From assembly GCA_964624055.1 (NCBI GenBank), contig CAZUXZ010000103.1:1-48467 (forward strand): 48,467 nt of DNA, in the 5' to 3' direction. Under the pieces are notes generated by a model, which saw only the letters and a program-made list of their open reading frames with translations, searched no databases and was not told the origin of the DNA. The position numbers and the translations under genes are program-made. Positions 1 through 10,179 of this stretch are shown one piece after another. Source of the stretch: an uncultured Rhizobiaceae bacterium. GTDB taxonomy: Bacteria; Pseudomonadota; Alphaproteobacteria; UBA828. Position 1 is the stretch's first letter, and every line of letters begins with the position of its first letter.

Positions 1-73
1 GGATAAGTACGCTTGACAGTATTAGTTAAATCGCCTCAACTCACTGCCTCAATCTGCTTCGAGGAGTCTGCAT

Positions 74-418
74 ATGTCTAAAAGTAAGCTGTTGTCCCGA
101 TCCGCGCTTCTGGTTGTGCCGATCGCCTTGGCCGTGGCGGGGTGGCAGACGGCAACGAGCGATTCGGGCGCCACCCAAAGCGGCGGTGCCGGCGATGGTG
201 CTCTGGAGACCGCGCAAAGCGCGAAGCAGGATGCCATGAGGAATCAGAACTCGATCATTTCTCTCAAGAATGATATAGCCGCCTTGCGCGATGAAATTTT
301 GGCGTCCAGCGCCGCGTCTGAGCGGGCCGCTAACGCTGCCGAGCGGGCAGCCGAAGATGCCAAGGCCGCAGCTGACAAGGCTGACCGGATCTTCCAGCGT
401 CAGATGCGTAAGCAGTAG
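74..418 (+). CDS. Small exported Ala-rich coiled-coil protein, Lpp-like alanine-zipper C-terminal half, no lipobox Cys
   Basis: GAGGAG SD 7 nt upstream of the ATG. N-terminal hydrophobic segment LLVVPIALAVAG. C-terminal heptad-like Ala/Asp/Lys region (ERAANAAERAAEDAKAAADKADRI) resembles Lpp repeats. Confidence 0.55.
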   Translation: MSKSKLLSRSALLVVPIALAVAGWQTATSDSGATQSGGAGDGALETAQSAKQDAMRNQNSIISLKNDIAALRDEILASSAASERAANAAERAAEDAKAAADKADRIFQRQMRKQ

Positions 419-492
419 CTCGCCTTTTGTTGAGGCCCGGGAAGGACCTAGACCGACAAAAATCGTTATTTGTTAACGACTTGGGCAAGGCC

Positions 493-1473
493 TCAAGGCG
501 TTACTCGCACAGGCGACCCGGTGCGCTCTAACAGTGCATTTCGAATTGCCGGCCAGTTGAGGCGGGACAGCTCGTCGCCAGCAAGATTTCTGAGTTTATA
601 AATGGGGTCGTTATTGGAGCGTTTCGCCGCGCTCAAAATCCTGCCGTCACGTTCTAAGTCGTCGACCTGTTCTGGTTCGGGGTGGACGTCCATATATAGC
701 TCTCCACCGGACCTGCCGATCTTGATCGGCTGGTTGATGACCTGCACCGTTGTGCCTAAAGGCACCTCACCGAATAGCTTTTCGATGCTTTCCGGATACA
801 GCCGGATACAGCCGTGGCTTACACGCCGGCCAACGCCCCAGGGCATGTTGGTGCCGTGGACTAGATAGGTCGGCCAGTCGAAATAAAGGGCGTGCTGGCC
901 GAGCGGATTATTGGGCCCGGCGCGTACGACTTTCGGCAAATGGGGATGCTTTTCACGAATTGATTTGGGTGGATACCAAATCGGATCTTTTGTCTTGCGG
1001 GTGATTTTCGTGGTGCCAAGAGGTGTGTCCCAACCATCGCGCCCAACGCCGATCGCATAGGTTTGGATGCCGTCTTCAGCAAAGAAGTAAAGGCGGTGTT
1101 CTGCAAGATTAATAATTACTCCCTCGCGTGGGGCGTCCGGTAGTAGATGCCCGGTGGGTAGAACAATCTCCGTGCCGTCTCCGGGGATCCAGGGGTCAGT
1201 CCCTTGATTTGCAGCGACAATTTCGACAAAGCCGAGCTCATTGTCTCGTGCGAGGTCCAGCAATGTATCCTCATGCTTGGCGGTGTAAGTCTGGACCGAA
1301 CCCAGCAGGTCACCGCGCAGCTGAGCGTCGGCCCTTGCAATTCCCGTATTAGACGCGAGTATCGTGGCAAAGGCTATTGAGACCGCAGTTCGGGCTATCC
1401 TGTTGGCCACGAGCCTCACTAGATGATCAATTAGTTTTGGCATAAACATAAACAGTCGCCGTCGGTTGCCCAT
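493..1473 (-). CDS. L,D-transpeptidase (YkuD domain) with N-terminal LysM-like domain
   Basis: Catalytic motif SHGCIRL plus HGT upstream. LysM-like stretch YTAKHEDTLLDLARDNELGFVEIVAANQG. N-terminal signal or anchor. Start could be an internal Met (M9/M11). Confidence 0.88.
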   Translation of the reverse strand: MGNRRRLFMFMPKLIDHLVRLVANRIARTAVSIAFATILASNTGIARADAQLRGDLLGSVQTYTAKHEDTLLDLARDNELGFVEIVAANQGTDPWIPGDGTEIVLPTGHLLPDAPREGVIINLAEHRLYFFAEDGIQTYAIGVGRDGWDTPLGTTKITRKTKDPIWYPPKSIREKHPHLPKVVRAGPNNPLGQHALYFDWPTYLVHGTNMPWGVGRRVSHGCIRLYPESIEKLFGEVPLGTTVQVINQPIKIGRSGGELYMDVHPEPEQVDDLERDGRILSAAKRSNNDPIYKLRNLAGDELSRLNWPAIRNALLERTGSPVRVTP

Positions 1474-1894
1474 TGTGCCCGTGAAATGCCTTATTATGCC
1501 AATCTGGGTTCGAAACTCCGGCTAGAAGAACTATCGTCACGGGGAACGTTTCTATATTTATACAGTTAGAGTGCAAACCCTTTATTAACGTAGAGCGAAC
1601 ACACTTTTCCAGAGGTGTTGGACAAGCGGCTCGCCTCGAAACGAGCGCAGCAGGTCCGATCGTCGAAAATTGTGACCCGCTTATTTAGTTGAATAATCTA
1701 CGATAGGCAGCGGCCTGCTCACAGCGAGCGATTATGTTACCAATGGCCAGGGCGTTGATCGGGAAAGCGTCGCTTTCGGTGAGCGCAACCTTAAGTTCTT
1801 TCAGCAGATCGCCTGGCTTGACGAAATGGTCGCTATAGACGTGTCCTAATCAGGGATATCTGGTAATTAAGTAAACCGAGTGCCCCGCAAAGCT

Positions 1895-3100
1895 CTAAAA
1901 TTCGTAACCGATCGTGGTGCCTAGAAACAATTGGTTCTCTGCATCGGGAATGCTGAGCGGCGACGCCGCGGCATCGCCAATCAACCGCTTCCATTGCCCG
2001 ACGAACAGGCTGTGCCAGTTTTCGTCCCAATCAAATCTGAAAGTTATATCGCTGGCGATATCTTTGAATCCCGCTCCCGGATTAAAGATGGGTCTCGCGA
2101 GCGATGTGGCATTGGCCTGCTGAGCGCCCACGCCATAGTAAGCGGTCATATAGTTCTCGCTAGCATAGGTGCCCCATCCCGTGAAGCTGACACCGAGTTG
2201 ATTGGTAATGCGCTTACCGTATCCGGCAGCTAGGGTCAGGAGCGAGCCGTTATGCCCTTTTTCGCTAGAAATGGATTGTTTGTAATCGACCGAAAACCGG
2301 TAGCTGTCAGCATACCACTCCCCGAAAATACCTGCCTCGAACACGCTGTCCAAATCGCCCATGCCGAGTAAATGCGGCGAAACGCTTTCTTCTCGACCGG
2401 GGTCGTAGGTCAAATATGATCCCGCAGCGAATGTGCGGCTGCTGAGCAGCTTGGCGCCAAAACCGCGACGTAAATGTTCTCCAAACGAATCCCGCCAATC
2501 AAAAAATAATCGGTCGCGCCAGCTAATGTGTATGCTGGGAAACACCATCACGTCATAATTATCATCTCCTTCATAGTTCGGTTCCAAAGCGGGGCCCACT
2601 CCAAGCGAAATATCGAAGTCCGATAGGACCCCATCTCTCCTGTGCGGCTTGAAACCGGATTCCCCCGGTGAGGGTGGAAGAACAGCGTCTGTTTCCAAAG
2701 ATAGTGTCGGTTGCTCGGCGACGGCATTTACCGTGCTACCGATTTCTGGGGTGATCAACGATGCAGCTCGGGTGATTTTCTCAGCGAATCCGGGAAATGC
2801 GTCCAACGCGTCCAAACTGACTTTAAGAGAATAGGCCGGGGCCAAGTGCGCTGCAGCTTGTACAATTGCTTCTACAGAACTCGGGTGAGAAGAGATGGCG
2901 TCGATAACCGCCGCTGATAATATGTTCGCATCCGCATGACGAGCAGCCGACTGAATCATCGTCAGGGTGGTTGGGGGGATATCGTTCTGCGCCCGGGCGG
3001 GTACCCCTGCTTGGGAAAGCCAAATTAGCCCAGCCAGCAGGCCTATTGAAGCCGTTCCCGCCATTTTTGACCACATACGACTACGACCTAGTCCCGCCAT
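1895..3100 (-). CDS. Outer-membrane beta-barrel protein, MipA/OmpV-like C-terminal domain with Ala/Ser-rich N-terminal extension
   Basis: Signal peptide ending PARAQ. Alternating aromatic/Gly beta-strand pattern and a C-terminal ...TIGYEF with terminal Phe typical of OMPs. The family call is from memory. Confidence 0.7.
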   Translation of the reverse strand: MAGLGRSRMWSKMAGTASIGLLAGLIWLSQAGVPARAQNDIPPTTLTMIQSAARHADANILSAAVIDAISSHPSSVEAIVQAAAHLAPAYSLKVSLDALDAFPGFAEKITRAASLITPEIGSTVNAVAEQPTLSLETDAVLPPSPGESGFKPHRRDGVLSDFDISLGVGPALEPNYEGDDNYDVMVFPSIHISWRDRLFFDWRDSFGEHLRRGFGAKLLSSRTFAAGSYLTYDPGREESVSPHLLGMGDLDSVFEAGIFGEWYADSYRFSVDYKQSISSEKGHNGSLLTLAAGYGKRITNQLGVSFTGWGTYASENYMTAYYGVGAQQANATSLARPIFNPGAGFKDIASDITFRFDWDENWHSLFVGQWKRLIGDAAASPLSIPDAENQLFLGTTIGYEF

Positions 3101-3172
3101 TCTAGACGCCTTTCTGTTACAAAAGTTCCGTCGATTCTCGCCGAGCTGCCCGGCATTGGCAAGCAGGGCCTG

Positions 3173-4027
3173 TTACCCTGTTTCGAGCGGAGTATCATCG
3201 CGCCCGCCCCATTCGGTCCAAGAACCGTCATAGACGGCGACGGCGCTATGGCCGCAGGTAAAGAGTGCAAGCGCTAGCAGCGAAGCGGAGATGCCTGAGC
3301 CGCAAGTTGTAACTACAGGCCGTGTCAAGTCGATGCCCCGTTTGGCGAGCGCCGCCTCAATTTTTTCGGCTGGCAGGAGCGATTTGTTGTTTGCGTCTAT
3401 AAGGTCGGAATAAGGCAGGTTGGCGCTGCCGGGGATATGACCGGAGCGCAAACCGGGGCGAACTTCCGGCTCGCTGCCAACAAACCGTCCGTGCCCCCGC
3501 GCATCGATAACCTGCTCCGAATTGGTTTGTACATTGCTTAGCATTTGCGCCAGATCACGTACCAGTTCTGGTCTATAGTCGGCGTCGAATATACCTGCGT
3601 CCGGCAAGGCAGGACCCGAACACGTTGCTAGGCCAAGTGCGCGCCAAGCCGGTAGACCACCGTCCAGTACCGCAACTCTATCATGCCCGAAAACCCGAAG
3701 CGTCCACCAGGCACGAGGTGCGCTGAAAAGACCCACGCTGTCATAGGCGATGACCAAATCCCCATTGGATATACCAAGGTGCGCCAGTTGTTCGCCAAAG
3801 TGCTGAGCATGCGGCAGCATATGGGGGAGGGGATTATCCGGGTCGCGCAGCACGTCGATATCGAAGAACACCGCGCCTTCGATATGAGTTTCTTCGAACT
3901 CGGAGACTGGATTTCTCTCTTCGCCGGGCAAAAACCAGGAGGCGTCGATAATTTTTACGTCGGGTGCTGTCAAATGCTCGGCGAGCCAGGTCGCCGAGAC
4001 CAGTGGTCCAGGCAGTTGGGTGTTCAC
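3173..4027 (-). CDS. sseA: 3-mercaptopyruvate sulfurtransferase (tandem rhodanese)
   Basis: Two rhodanese domains with active-site loop CGSGISA. The start overlaps the alaX stop by 4 nt. Confidence 0.88.
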   Translation of the reverse strand: MNTQLPGPLVSATWLAEHLTAPDVKIIDASWFLPGEERNPVSEFEETHIEGAVFFDIDVLRDPDNPLPHMLPHAQHFGEQLAHLGISNGDLVIAYDSVGLFSAPRAWWTLRVFGHDRVAVLDGGLPAWRALGLATCSGPALPDAGIFDADYRPELVRDLAQMLSNVQTNSEQVIDARGHGRFVGSEPEVRPGLRSGHIPGSANLPYSDLIDANNKSLLPAEKIEAALAKRGIDLTRPVVTTCGSGISASLLALALFTCGHSAVAVYDGSWTEWGGRDDTPLETG

Positions 4028-4740
4028 GCCGGCTCCTTGAAATTGATAACGATTCGCCGGTGATGGCGGCCCTTGTTCTCAATTTTACGTACAATCACCG
4101 GTCCGATTTCGTCCGTCTGCGCGACATGGGTGCCGCCACAGGGCTGTAGATCTATATTCTCTACATTAAGAAGCCGTACGCGCCCCTGGCCAGTCGGCGG
4201 CTTGACCAGCATGGTGCGCACCAGCTCAGGCTGAACTTCAAGCTCTTTATCTGTGATCCAGCGGGTGGACGTCGGCGCGTTGCTCGCGATCAATTCGTTG
4301 AGGCGTGCTTCTATAGCGGCTTTGTCGAGGGAGGTCTCCGGCAGATCAAAATCGAGCCGGCCCTTGTCGGCCCATAATTGTCCGCCGGTCACCGGTGCCT
4401 CAATTACCGCGCAGAGTAAATGTAAGCATGTATGCATGCGCATGTGCTTGTGTCGGCGTTCCCAGTTGATTTCGGCGGTAACTTCTGTTCCTACGTTGGG
4501 AAGCAGCGCGTCCTCGGCGACTAGGTGCAATATGTCACCCGTTTCCTTATCCTTGACCGTATTTTTGATGACGATCTCGGTGCTGTCGGCGAGCTTGAGA
4601 ATGCCACAATCTCCCGGCTGGCCGCCGGAAGTAAAATAGAACACGGTGCAGTCGAGCTGAATGGCGCCAGGCGCCGCGGCGGTGACGTGCGCCTGGCAAC
4701 TGCGCGCATAGGCGTCCTTGGAGAAAAGCAGTTCAGTCAC
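4024..4740 (-). CDS. AlaX-type alanyl-tRNA editing protein (free-standing AlaRS second additional domain)
   Basis: Zn-binding editing motifs HTCLHLL and CGGTHV. About 238 aa. The start overlaps the cysK-like stop by 8 nt. Confidence 0.82.
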   Translation of the reverse strand: MTELLFSKDAYARSCQAHVTAAAPGAIQLDCTVFYFTSGGQPGDCGILKLADSTEIVIKNTVKDKETGDILHLVAEDALLPNVGTEVTAEINWERRHKHMRMHTCLHLLCAVIEAPVTGGQLWADKGRLDFDLPETSLDKAAIEARLNELIASNAPTSTRWITDKELEVQPELVRTMLVKPPTGQGRVRLLNVENIDLQPCGGTHVAQTDEIGPVIVRKIENKGRHHRRIVINFKEPA

Positions 4741-5758
4741 TGCTATTGCCGCTGCCGATATCTAGCCAATGGGGCACGGGAAGGCCTTTGGCACGGAGAA
4801 ATGTCGGATTGAACATATTGCTCTGATAGCGCATGCCGTAATCGCAGAGTATCGTCACGATGGTGTGGCCGGGACCGAGTTTCTCGGCGAGTCGTATCGC
4901 GCCGGCGATATTGATGCCGCTTGAGCCACCCAGAACATGTCCCTCGTTTAGGACCAAATCGAAGATGATCGGCAGCGCTTCTTCGTCGGGGATCTGGAAG
5001 GGCTCGTCGATCGGCGCGTCCTTGAGGTTGGCGGTGATACGGCTTTGCCCAATTCCCTCCATGATCGAACTGCCCTCCGCCTTCAATTCGCCATTGGTAA
5101 AAAAATTATAAAGTGCCGCCCCCATAGGGTCAGCCATGCCTATAACTATATTGGGGTTGCGCTCCTTCAACGCTATGGCGGTGCCGGCCAGCGTGCCGCC
5201 GGTGCCAACGGCGCAAACGAAGCCGTCGACCTTGCCGCCTGTCTGCTCCCAAATCTCTGGGCCGGTGGTTTTGATATGCGCCTGACGGTTGGCAGTATTG
5301 TCAAATTGGTTAGCCCAAATCGCGCCATTCTGTTCTTTGGTGGTGATTTCCTCGGCAAGGCGGCCGGAATATTTGACGTAATTGTTTGGGTCCCGGTAGG
5401 GAACTGCTGGCACCTCGATCAGCTCCGCGCCGCACAGCCGGAGCATGTCCTTTTTCTCCTGACTTTGCGTGTCGGGAATGACGATCATTGAGCGGTATCC
5501 AAGCGCGCTGCCGATTAACGCGAGGCCGATACCGGTATTACCCGCCGTACCTTCTACGATTACGCCGCCTGGTTTAAGCAAGCCGCGTTTTTCCGCGTCG
5601 CGCACGATAAACAGCGCCGCGCGGTCCTTCACCGAGCCCCCTGGGTTGAGAAACTCGCACTTGCCGAGAATCTCGCAGCCCGTGCGCTCCGACGCGGCCT
5701 TGAGACGAACCAGAGGCGTGTTTCCGATCAGTTCAATAAAATCAATTTTTACAGTCAT
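4733..5758 (-). CDS. cysK: PLP-dependent cysteine synthase / CBS-like enzyme
   Basis: PLP-lysine motif NPGGSVKDR, GNTGIGLA loop, 341 aa. Confidence 0.85.
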   Translation of the reverse strand: MTVKIDFIELIGNTPLVRLKAASERTGCEILGKCEFLNPGGSVKDRAALFIVRDAEKRGLLKPGGVIVEGTAGNTGIGLALIGSALGYRSMIVIPDTQSQEKKDMLRLCGAELIEVPAVPYRDPNNYVKYSGRLAEEITTKEQNGAIWANQFDNTANRQAHIKTTGPEIWEQTGGKVDGFVCAVGTGGTLAGTAIALKERNPNIVIGMADPMGAALYNFFTNGELKAEGSSIMEGIGQSRITANLKDAPIDEPFQIPDEEALPIIFDLVLNEGHVLGGSSGINIAGAIRLAEKLGPGHTIVTILCDYGMRYQSNMFNPTFLRAKGLPVPHWLDIGSGNSSD

Positions 5759-5897
5759 TTTCCGTAAAATTTCGGTATAACGGCCGTGGGAAATCTAGCC
5801 CGCCACTGGGACGCGATCAAGGCGTATAACCGGCTTGCCGCCGGGGCGCCAGCGCGGCACACTCATATTCAACCAACAATAAAAGGCATCGGGTTAA

Positions 5898-6908
5898 ATG
5901 AATGACCGCAAGGAAATAGAGCACCCGTATCTGTTGTTCCTGGGCGATGCCCATGACCATTTGGCGGCCAAGACGGCGCGCGGTATCGTCGACTGGCGGT
6001 CGGACTGGTGCCTCGGGCAATTGCGTCTCGACGGTTGCCACGCGAACGCCGGCATTGGCGATATGACCGTTTCCGAAGCAGCGGAAGCGGGCGCGCGCTC
6101 GTTGATCGTGGGCGTCGCCAATCGTGGCGGCGTCATCCCAGACCATTGGATCGATACTCTGTCAGAGGCGCTCGACCATGGTATGGACCTTGCTGCCGGG
6201 CTCCATATGCGCCTTAGTGACATCCCGGCACTGCGCGACAAGGCGCAGGCATTGGGCCTATCATTATTCGACGTGCGCAACCCCGACCGTAACTTCTCCC
6301 TTGCCTCTGGCGTCAAGCGCCCAGGCAAGCGACTGCTCACCGTCGGCACAGATGCGTCCGTCGGAAAGATGTACACCACGCTTGCTATAGAGCGCGAATT
6401 GCAGGTGCGTGGTGTGGCGGTCGATTTCCGCGCCACTGGACAAACCGGCATCTTCATCGCCGGCGAGGGCGTTTCGGTTGATGCGGTGGTGGCGGACTTT
6501 ATCTCGGGTGCTACAGAATGGCTCACCCCGCCCAACGATCCAGATCATTGGGACGCTGTCGAGGGTCAGGGCTCGCTGTTCCACCCGTCTTTTGCCGGAG
6601 TGACACTGGGTCTCATCCACGGCGCACAACCCGATGCCATCGTGCTTTGCCACGAGCCGAGCCGCGAGCATATGCGCGGCCTACCGGGTTGGCCGCTGCC
6701 GGATCTTTGCGAATGCCTCACGGCCAATCTTGCAGCCGCGCGGCTGACCAACGAGGCTGTGTTCTGTGCGGGTGCCGCGATCAATACCAGCCAGCTCGAC
6801 GAGGATGCAGCAAATCGCATTCTGAACGAAACGTCGAACTTACTGGGTTTGCCCTGCGTTGACCCTATGCGAACGGGCGTCGCGTCGATCGTCGACCGGC
6901 TACTCTAG
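5898..6908 (+). CDS. dgcN: DUF1611-family protein, D-glutamate N-acetyltransferase-like (DgcN)
   Basis: DUF1611-type sequence with P-loop-like GTDASVGKMYT. Immediately followed (3-nt gap) by an enolase-superfamily epimerase, which is the canonical DgcN/DgcA pairing. Confidence 0.78.
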   Translation: MNDRKEIEHPYLLFLGDAHDHLAAKTARGIVDWRSDWCLGQLRLDGCHANAGIGDMTVSEAAEAGARSLIVGVANRGGVIPDHWIDTLSEALDHGMDLAAGLHMRLSDIPALRDKAQALGLSLFDVRNPDRNFSLASGVKRPGKRLLTVGTDASVGKMYTTLAIERELQVRGVAVDFRATGQTGIFIAGEGVSVDAVVADFISGATEWLTPPNDPDHWDAVEGQGSLFHPSFAGVTLGLIHGAQPDAIVLCHEPSREHMRGLPGWPLPDLCECLTANLAAARLTNEAVFCAGAAINTSQLDEDAANRILNETSNLLGLPCVDPMRTGVASIVDRLL

Positions 6909-6911
6909 ACC

Positions 6912-7892
6912 ATGCGCACCCTCCGCGTCCGCGCGGAAACCTGGCCCATGTGCGGCACCTTTCGTATCTCGCGCGGTGCGCGCACGGAAGCGCCCACGGT
7001 TGTTGTAGAAATCGAGCAGCAGGGTGTTATGGGCAGGGCCGAATGCGTCCCCTATCCACGTTACGGCGAGAACATTGAAGGCGTGATGGCGGAAATCGAA
7101 AACCGGCGTGGTGACATAAAAGCGGGGATGACGCGGCAGGCACTGCAAGATGCGCTGCCCGCCGGTGCTGCGCGCAACGCCCTTGATTGTGCTCTGTGGG
7201 ACTTTGAGGCGAAGGCGAGCGGTAAGCGCGCCTGGGAACTTGCAGGCGTCGAGCCGCCCGAGCCTGTGACGAGTGCTATGACGCTCAGCCTCGATACGCC
7301 GGAGAACATGGCCAAGGCGGCGCGCGCCTCGGCCCATCTTTTACTTCTTAAGCTCAAGTTGACTGGCGAGGGCGATGTTGAGCGGGTGCGCGCGGTTAGG
7401 GGCGGCGCGCCGAATTCGCGCCTCATTGTTGATGCCAATGAGGGTTGGCGACCAGAAATGCTTGATACCATACTGCCGGCACTCGCTGAGTTCGGCGTTG
7501 AGATGGTCGAGCAACCCTTGGCCGTGGCCGAGGACGATGCCTTGATTGGGTGCGATCTCGCCATTCCCGTCTGTGCCGATGAATCTTGCCACACCCGCGC
7601 CGATCTCGACCGACTGGAAGGCCGATACCCGATGATCAACGTCAAGCTCGACAAAACTGGCGGGCTTACGGAGGCGTTGGCGCTTGTGCAAGAGGCGCGA
7701 GCGCGCGGTTTTCGTGTGATGATTGGCTGCATGGTGGGCTCGTCCCTGGCCATGGCGCCGGCCTTTCTGTTGACGCCCTTGGCGGATTATGTAGATCTTG
7801 ATGGGCCGCTCCTGATAGCTCGAGATTTTGAACCAAGATTGCGCTACGACGATACCCTGGTACACCCGCCGGAGCCCAGATTATGGGGCTGA
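6912..7892 (+). CDS. dgcA: Enolase-superfamily dipeptide epimerase-like / N-acetyl-D-glutamate racemase (DgcA)
   Basis: KxK (LKLKL), DANEGW, VEQPL, ADES and NVKLDKTGG metal/acid-base motifs of the L-Ala-D/L-Glu epimerase subgroup. Confidence 0.78.
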   Translation: MRTLRVRAETWPMCGTFRISRGARTEAPTVVVEIEQQGVMGRAECVPYPRYGENIEGVMAEIENRRGDIKAGMTRQALQDALPAGAARNALDCALWDFEAKASGKRAWELAGVEPPEPVTSAMTLSLDTPENMAKAARASAHLLLLKLKLTGEGDVERVRAVRGGAPNSRLIVDANEGWRPEMLDTILPALAEFGVEMVEQPLAVAEDDALIGCDLAIPVCADESCHTRADLDRLEGRYPMINVKLDKTGGLTEALALVQEARARGFRVMIGCMVGSSLAMAPAFLLTPLADYVDLDGPLLIARDFEPRLRYDDTLVHPPEPRLWG

Positions 7893-7955
7893 TTGACCAA
7901 AATAACGCATTGCCGCATAATTTTTGCGGTTGCGAATAGACACTTGGGCTCGGCG

Positions 7956-10091
7956 ATGACCGATTTTCCTACAATGAGCTTTGACGATTGGCATGCGCTC
8001 GCCGAAAAGGAGCTGAAAGGTGCTGACGCGGATAGTTTGACCTGGCAGACTCCAGAGGGCATCGCTGTCAAACCGCTTTATACCGCAGCCGATCTCGAAA
8101 ACATGGAGAGCGATGGCGAGATGCCGGGCTTTGCACCATTCACCCGGGGCATACGTGCCACCATGTTTGCTAATCGGCCCTGGACAATCCGCCAATATGC
8201 CGGCTTTGCCACCGCCGAAGAATCGAACGCTTTCTACAAGCGTAATCTCGCCGGCGGCCAGAAGGGTCTATCGATTGCTTTCGATCTTGCGACCCACCGG
8301 GGTTATGACAGCGATCATCCCCGGGTGCGCGGCGATGTAGGCAAGGCGGGAGTCGCCATCGATAGCGTTGAGGACATGAAGATATTGTTCGACGGCATCC
8401 CCTTGGACGAAGTCAGCGTTTCGATGACCATGAATGGAGCAGTGCTGCCAGTGACGGCCGCCTTCATCGTTGCCGCCGAGGAAGCGGGCGTGGCGGAGGA
8501 TAAACTCTCGGGCACTATACAGAACGATATCCTCAAGGAATTCATGGTACGCAACACTTACATCTATCCGCCCGAACCCTCGATGCGCATCGTCGCCGAT
8601 ATCATCGCCCACACGGCTAAGAACATGCCGCGCTTCAATTCCATCTCAATCTCTGGCTATCATATGCAAGAGGCGGGCGCGACGCTGGTGCAAGAACTCG
8701 CCTTCACCCTTGCTGACGGGCTCGAATATGTTCGCGCAGCAACATCGCGCGGCTTGCCGATTGATCAGTTCGCTCCGCGACTTTCCTTCTTCTTCTGTGT
8801 CGGTATGAACTTCTTCATGGAGGTCGCCAAGTTGCGTGCGGCGCGGCTCCTCTGGGCACGAATCATGCAGCAATTCGCGCCCGAAGATCCGCGCTCCCTC
8901 ATGCTGCGCACACATGTGCAGACTTCTGGCGTCTCGCTCACCGAGCAGGACCCCTATAACAACGTTATCCGCACCGCCTATGAGGCGATGGCGGCGGTCT
9001 TGGGCGGCACTCAGTCCCTGCACACTAACTCGCTAGACGAGGCGGTGGCGCTCCCAACCGATTTTTCTGCCCGTATAGCACGCAACACGCAATTGATCTT
9101 GGCGGAGGAGACCGGCGTACGCCACGTGGTCGATCCGCTCGGTGGCTCCTACTATGTCGAATCTCTCACCCATTCGATTGCCGACGCTGCTTGGAAACTG
9201 ATCAAAGAGGTCGAGGAGATGGGCGGCATGACCCGCGCCGTCGAGGCCGGCATGCCAAAACTCCATATTGAGGAATCAGCTACCCGCCGCCAAGCGCGAG
9301 TCGACCGTCGCGAGGAGGTTATTGTCGGCGTCAACAAATATCAGTCCAGCAGCGACGACATGCCGGAGCTTCTTGATGTCGATAACACCGCTGTGCGCGA
9401 GGCGCAGATTGCGCGCATTGAGAAGATTCGTGCCAAGCGTGACGAACAGGCCTGCCGGGCTGCCCTCAATGCCCTCATGGAAGGCGCCAAGGGAGAGGAC
9501 AATCTGCTTGCCTTATCTATCGACGCTATGCGTACCCGCGCCACGGTGGGTGAGGTGTCGGACGCGCTGGAGGCACATTTCACTCGCCATCGTGCGGCGA
9601 CGCGAGCGGTTTCGGGCATTTATGCCTCTGTCTATGCCAATGACGAGGAATTTACTAATATCCGCTCTGACGTCGCCGCCTTTGAGCGGCGTGAAGGTCG
9701 GCGGCCCCGCATGCTTGTGGTCAAGCTCGGCCAGGACGGCCACGATCGTGGAGCTAAGGTGATTGCCACCGCCTTCGCCGATATTGGCTTCGATGTCGAT
9801 ATCGGCGCGCTGTTCCAGACCCCAGAGGAAGCAGCGCGCGAGGCAATCGAAAACGACGTCCATGTCGTCGGTGTCTCCAGCTTGGCGGCCGGACATAAAA
9901 CCCTGGTGCCCGAGTTGATCTCTGTATTGAAGTCGCAAGGGGCGAGCGATGTGCTAGTTGTTTGCGGCGGCGTCATTCCGCCCAAGGATCACGATTATCT
10001 CATTGAAGCTGGCGTTGCTGCCGTCTACGGCCCTGGCACAAATATCCCCAAGGCCGCCGCCAAAATTATGTCCCTGATCGAAAGGTCTTAG
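7956..10091 (+). CDS. scpA: Methylmalonyl-CoA mutase, large (catalytic + B12-binding) subunit
   Basis: Full-length MCM sequence with C-terminal B12 domain (DGHDRGAKV). ORF-track start 7893 trimmed to ATG 7956 ([13 protein letters not shown]...), the conserved N-terminus. Confidence 0.93.
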   Translation: MTDFPTMSFDDWHALAEKELKGADADSLTWQTPEGIAVKPLYTAADLENMESDGEMPGFAPFTRGIRATMFANRPWTIRQYAGFATAEESNAFYKRNLAGGQKGLSIAFDLATHRGYDSDHPRVRGDVGKAGVAIDSVEDMKILFDGIPLDEVSVSMTMNGAVLPVTAAFIVAAEEAGVAEDKLSGTIQNDILKEFMVRNTYIYPPEPSMRIVADIIAHTAKNMPRFNSISISGYHMQEAGATLVQELAFTLADGLEYVRAATSRGLPIDQFAPRLSFFFCVGMNFFMEVAKLRAARLLWARIMQQFAPEDPRSLMLRTHVQTSGVSLTEQDPYNNVIRTAYEAMAAVLGGTQSLHTNSLDEAVALPTDFSARIARNTQLILAEETGVRHVVDPLGGSYYVESLTHSIADAAWKLIKEVEEMGGMTRAVEAGMPKLHIEESATRRQARVDRREEVIVGVNKYQSSSDDMPELLDVDNTAVREAQIARIEKIRAKRDEQACRAALNALMEGAKGEDNLLALSIDAMRTRATVGEVSDALEAHFTRHRAATRAVSGIYASVYANDEEFTNIRSDVAAFERREGRRPRMLVVKLGQDGHDRGAKVIATAFADIGFDVDIGALFQTPEEAAREAIENDVHVVGVSSLAAGHKTLVPELISVLKSQGASDVLVVCGGVIPPKDHDYLIEAGVAAVYGPGTNIPKAAAKIMSLIERS

Positions 10092-10179
10092 TCTTCGCGT
10101 ATCCCACCGAATTTGCAATGCCGTAATTTGGTAACCATTTAATGTAAAGCTTGGAGATTTTCGTAAGGAAGAATTCGTT

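Noticed and set aside
1688-1849. 54-codon stop-free minus-strand frame in the Ldt-MipA spacer (..DHFVKPGDLLKELKVALTESDAFPINALAIGNIIARCEQAAAYRRLFN*)
   Set aside because: It looks protein-like, but it has no ATG/GTG/TTG start and I cannot assign it to a family. It may be a gene fragment, and is not reportable as a feature without a BLASTX search.
7893-7955. N-terminal extensions offered by the ORF track (scpA 7893, DAHPS 16515, rpsD 23326, purL 27393, ComE-like 31153, SDR 33506, racemase 35568, VOC 45354)
   Set aside because: Conserved protein N-termini, SD sequences and stop-start overlaps (ATGA at purQ/purL, ATGGCTGA at the ThDP subunits) support the downstream starts.
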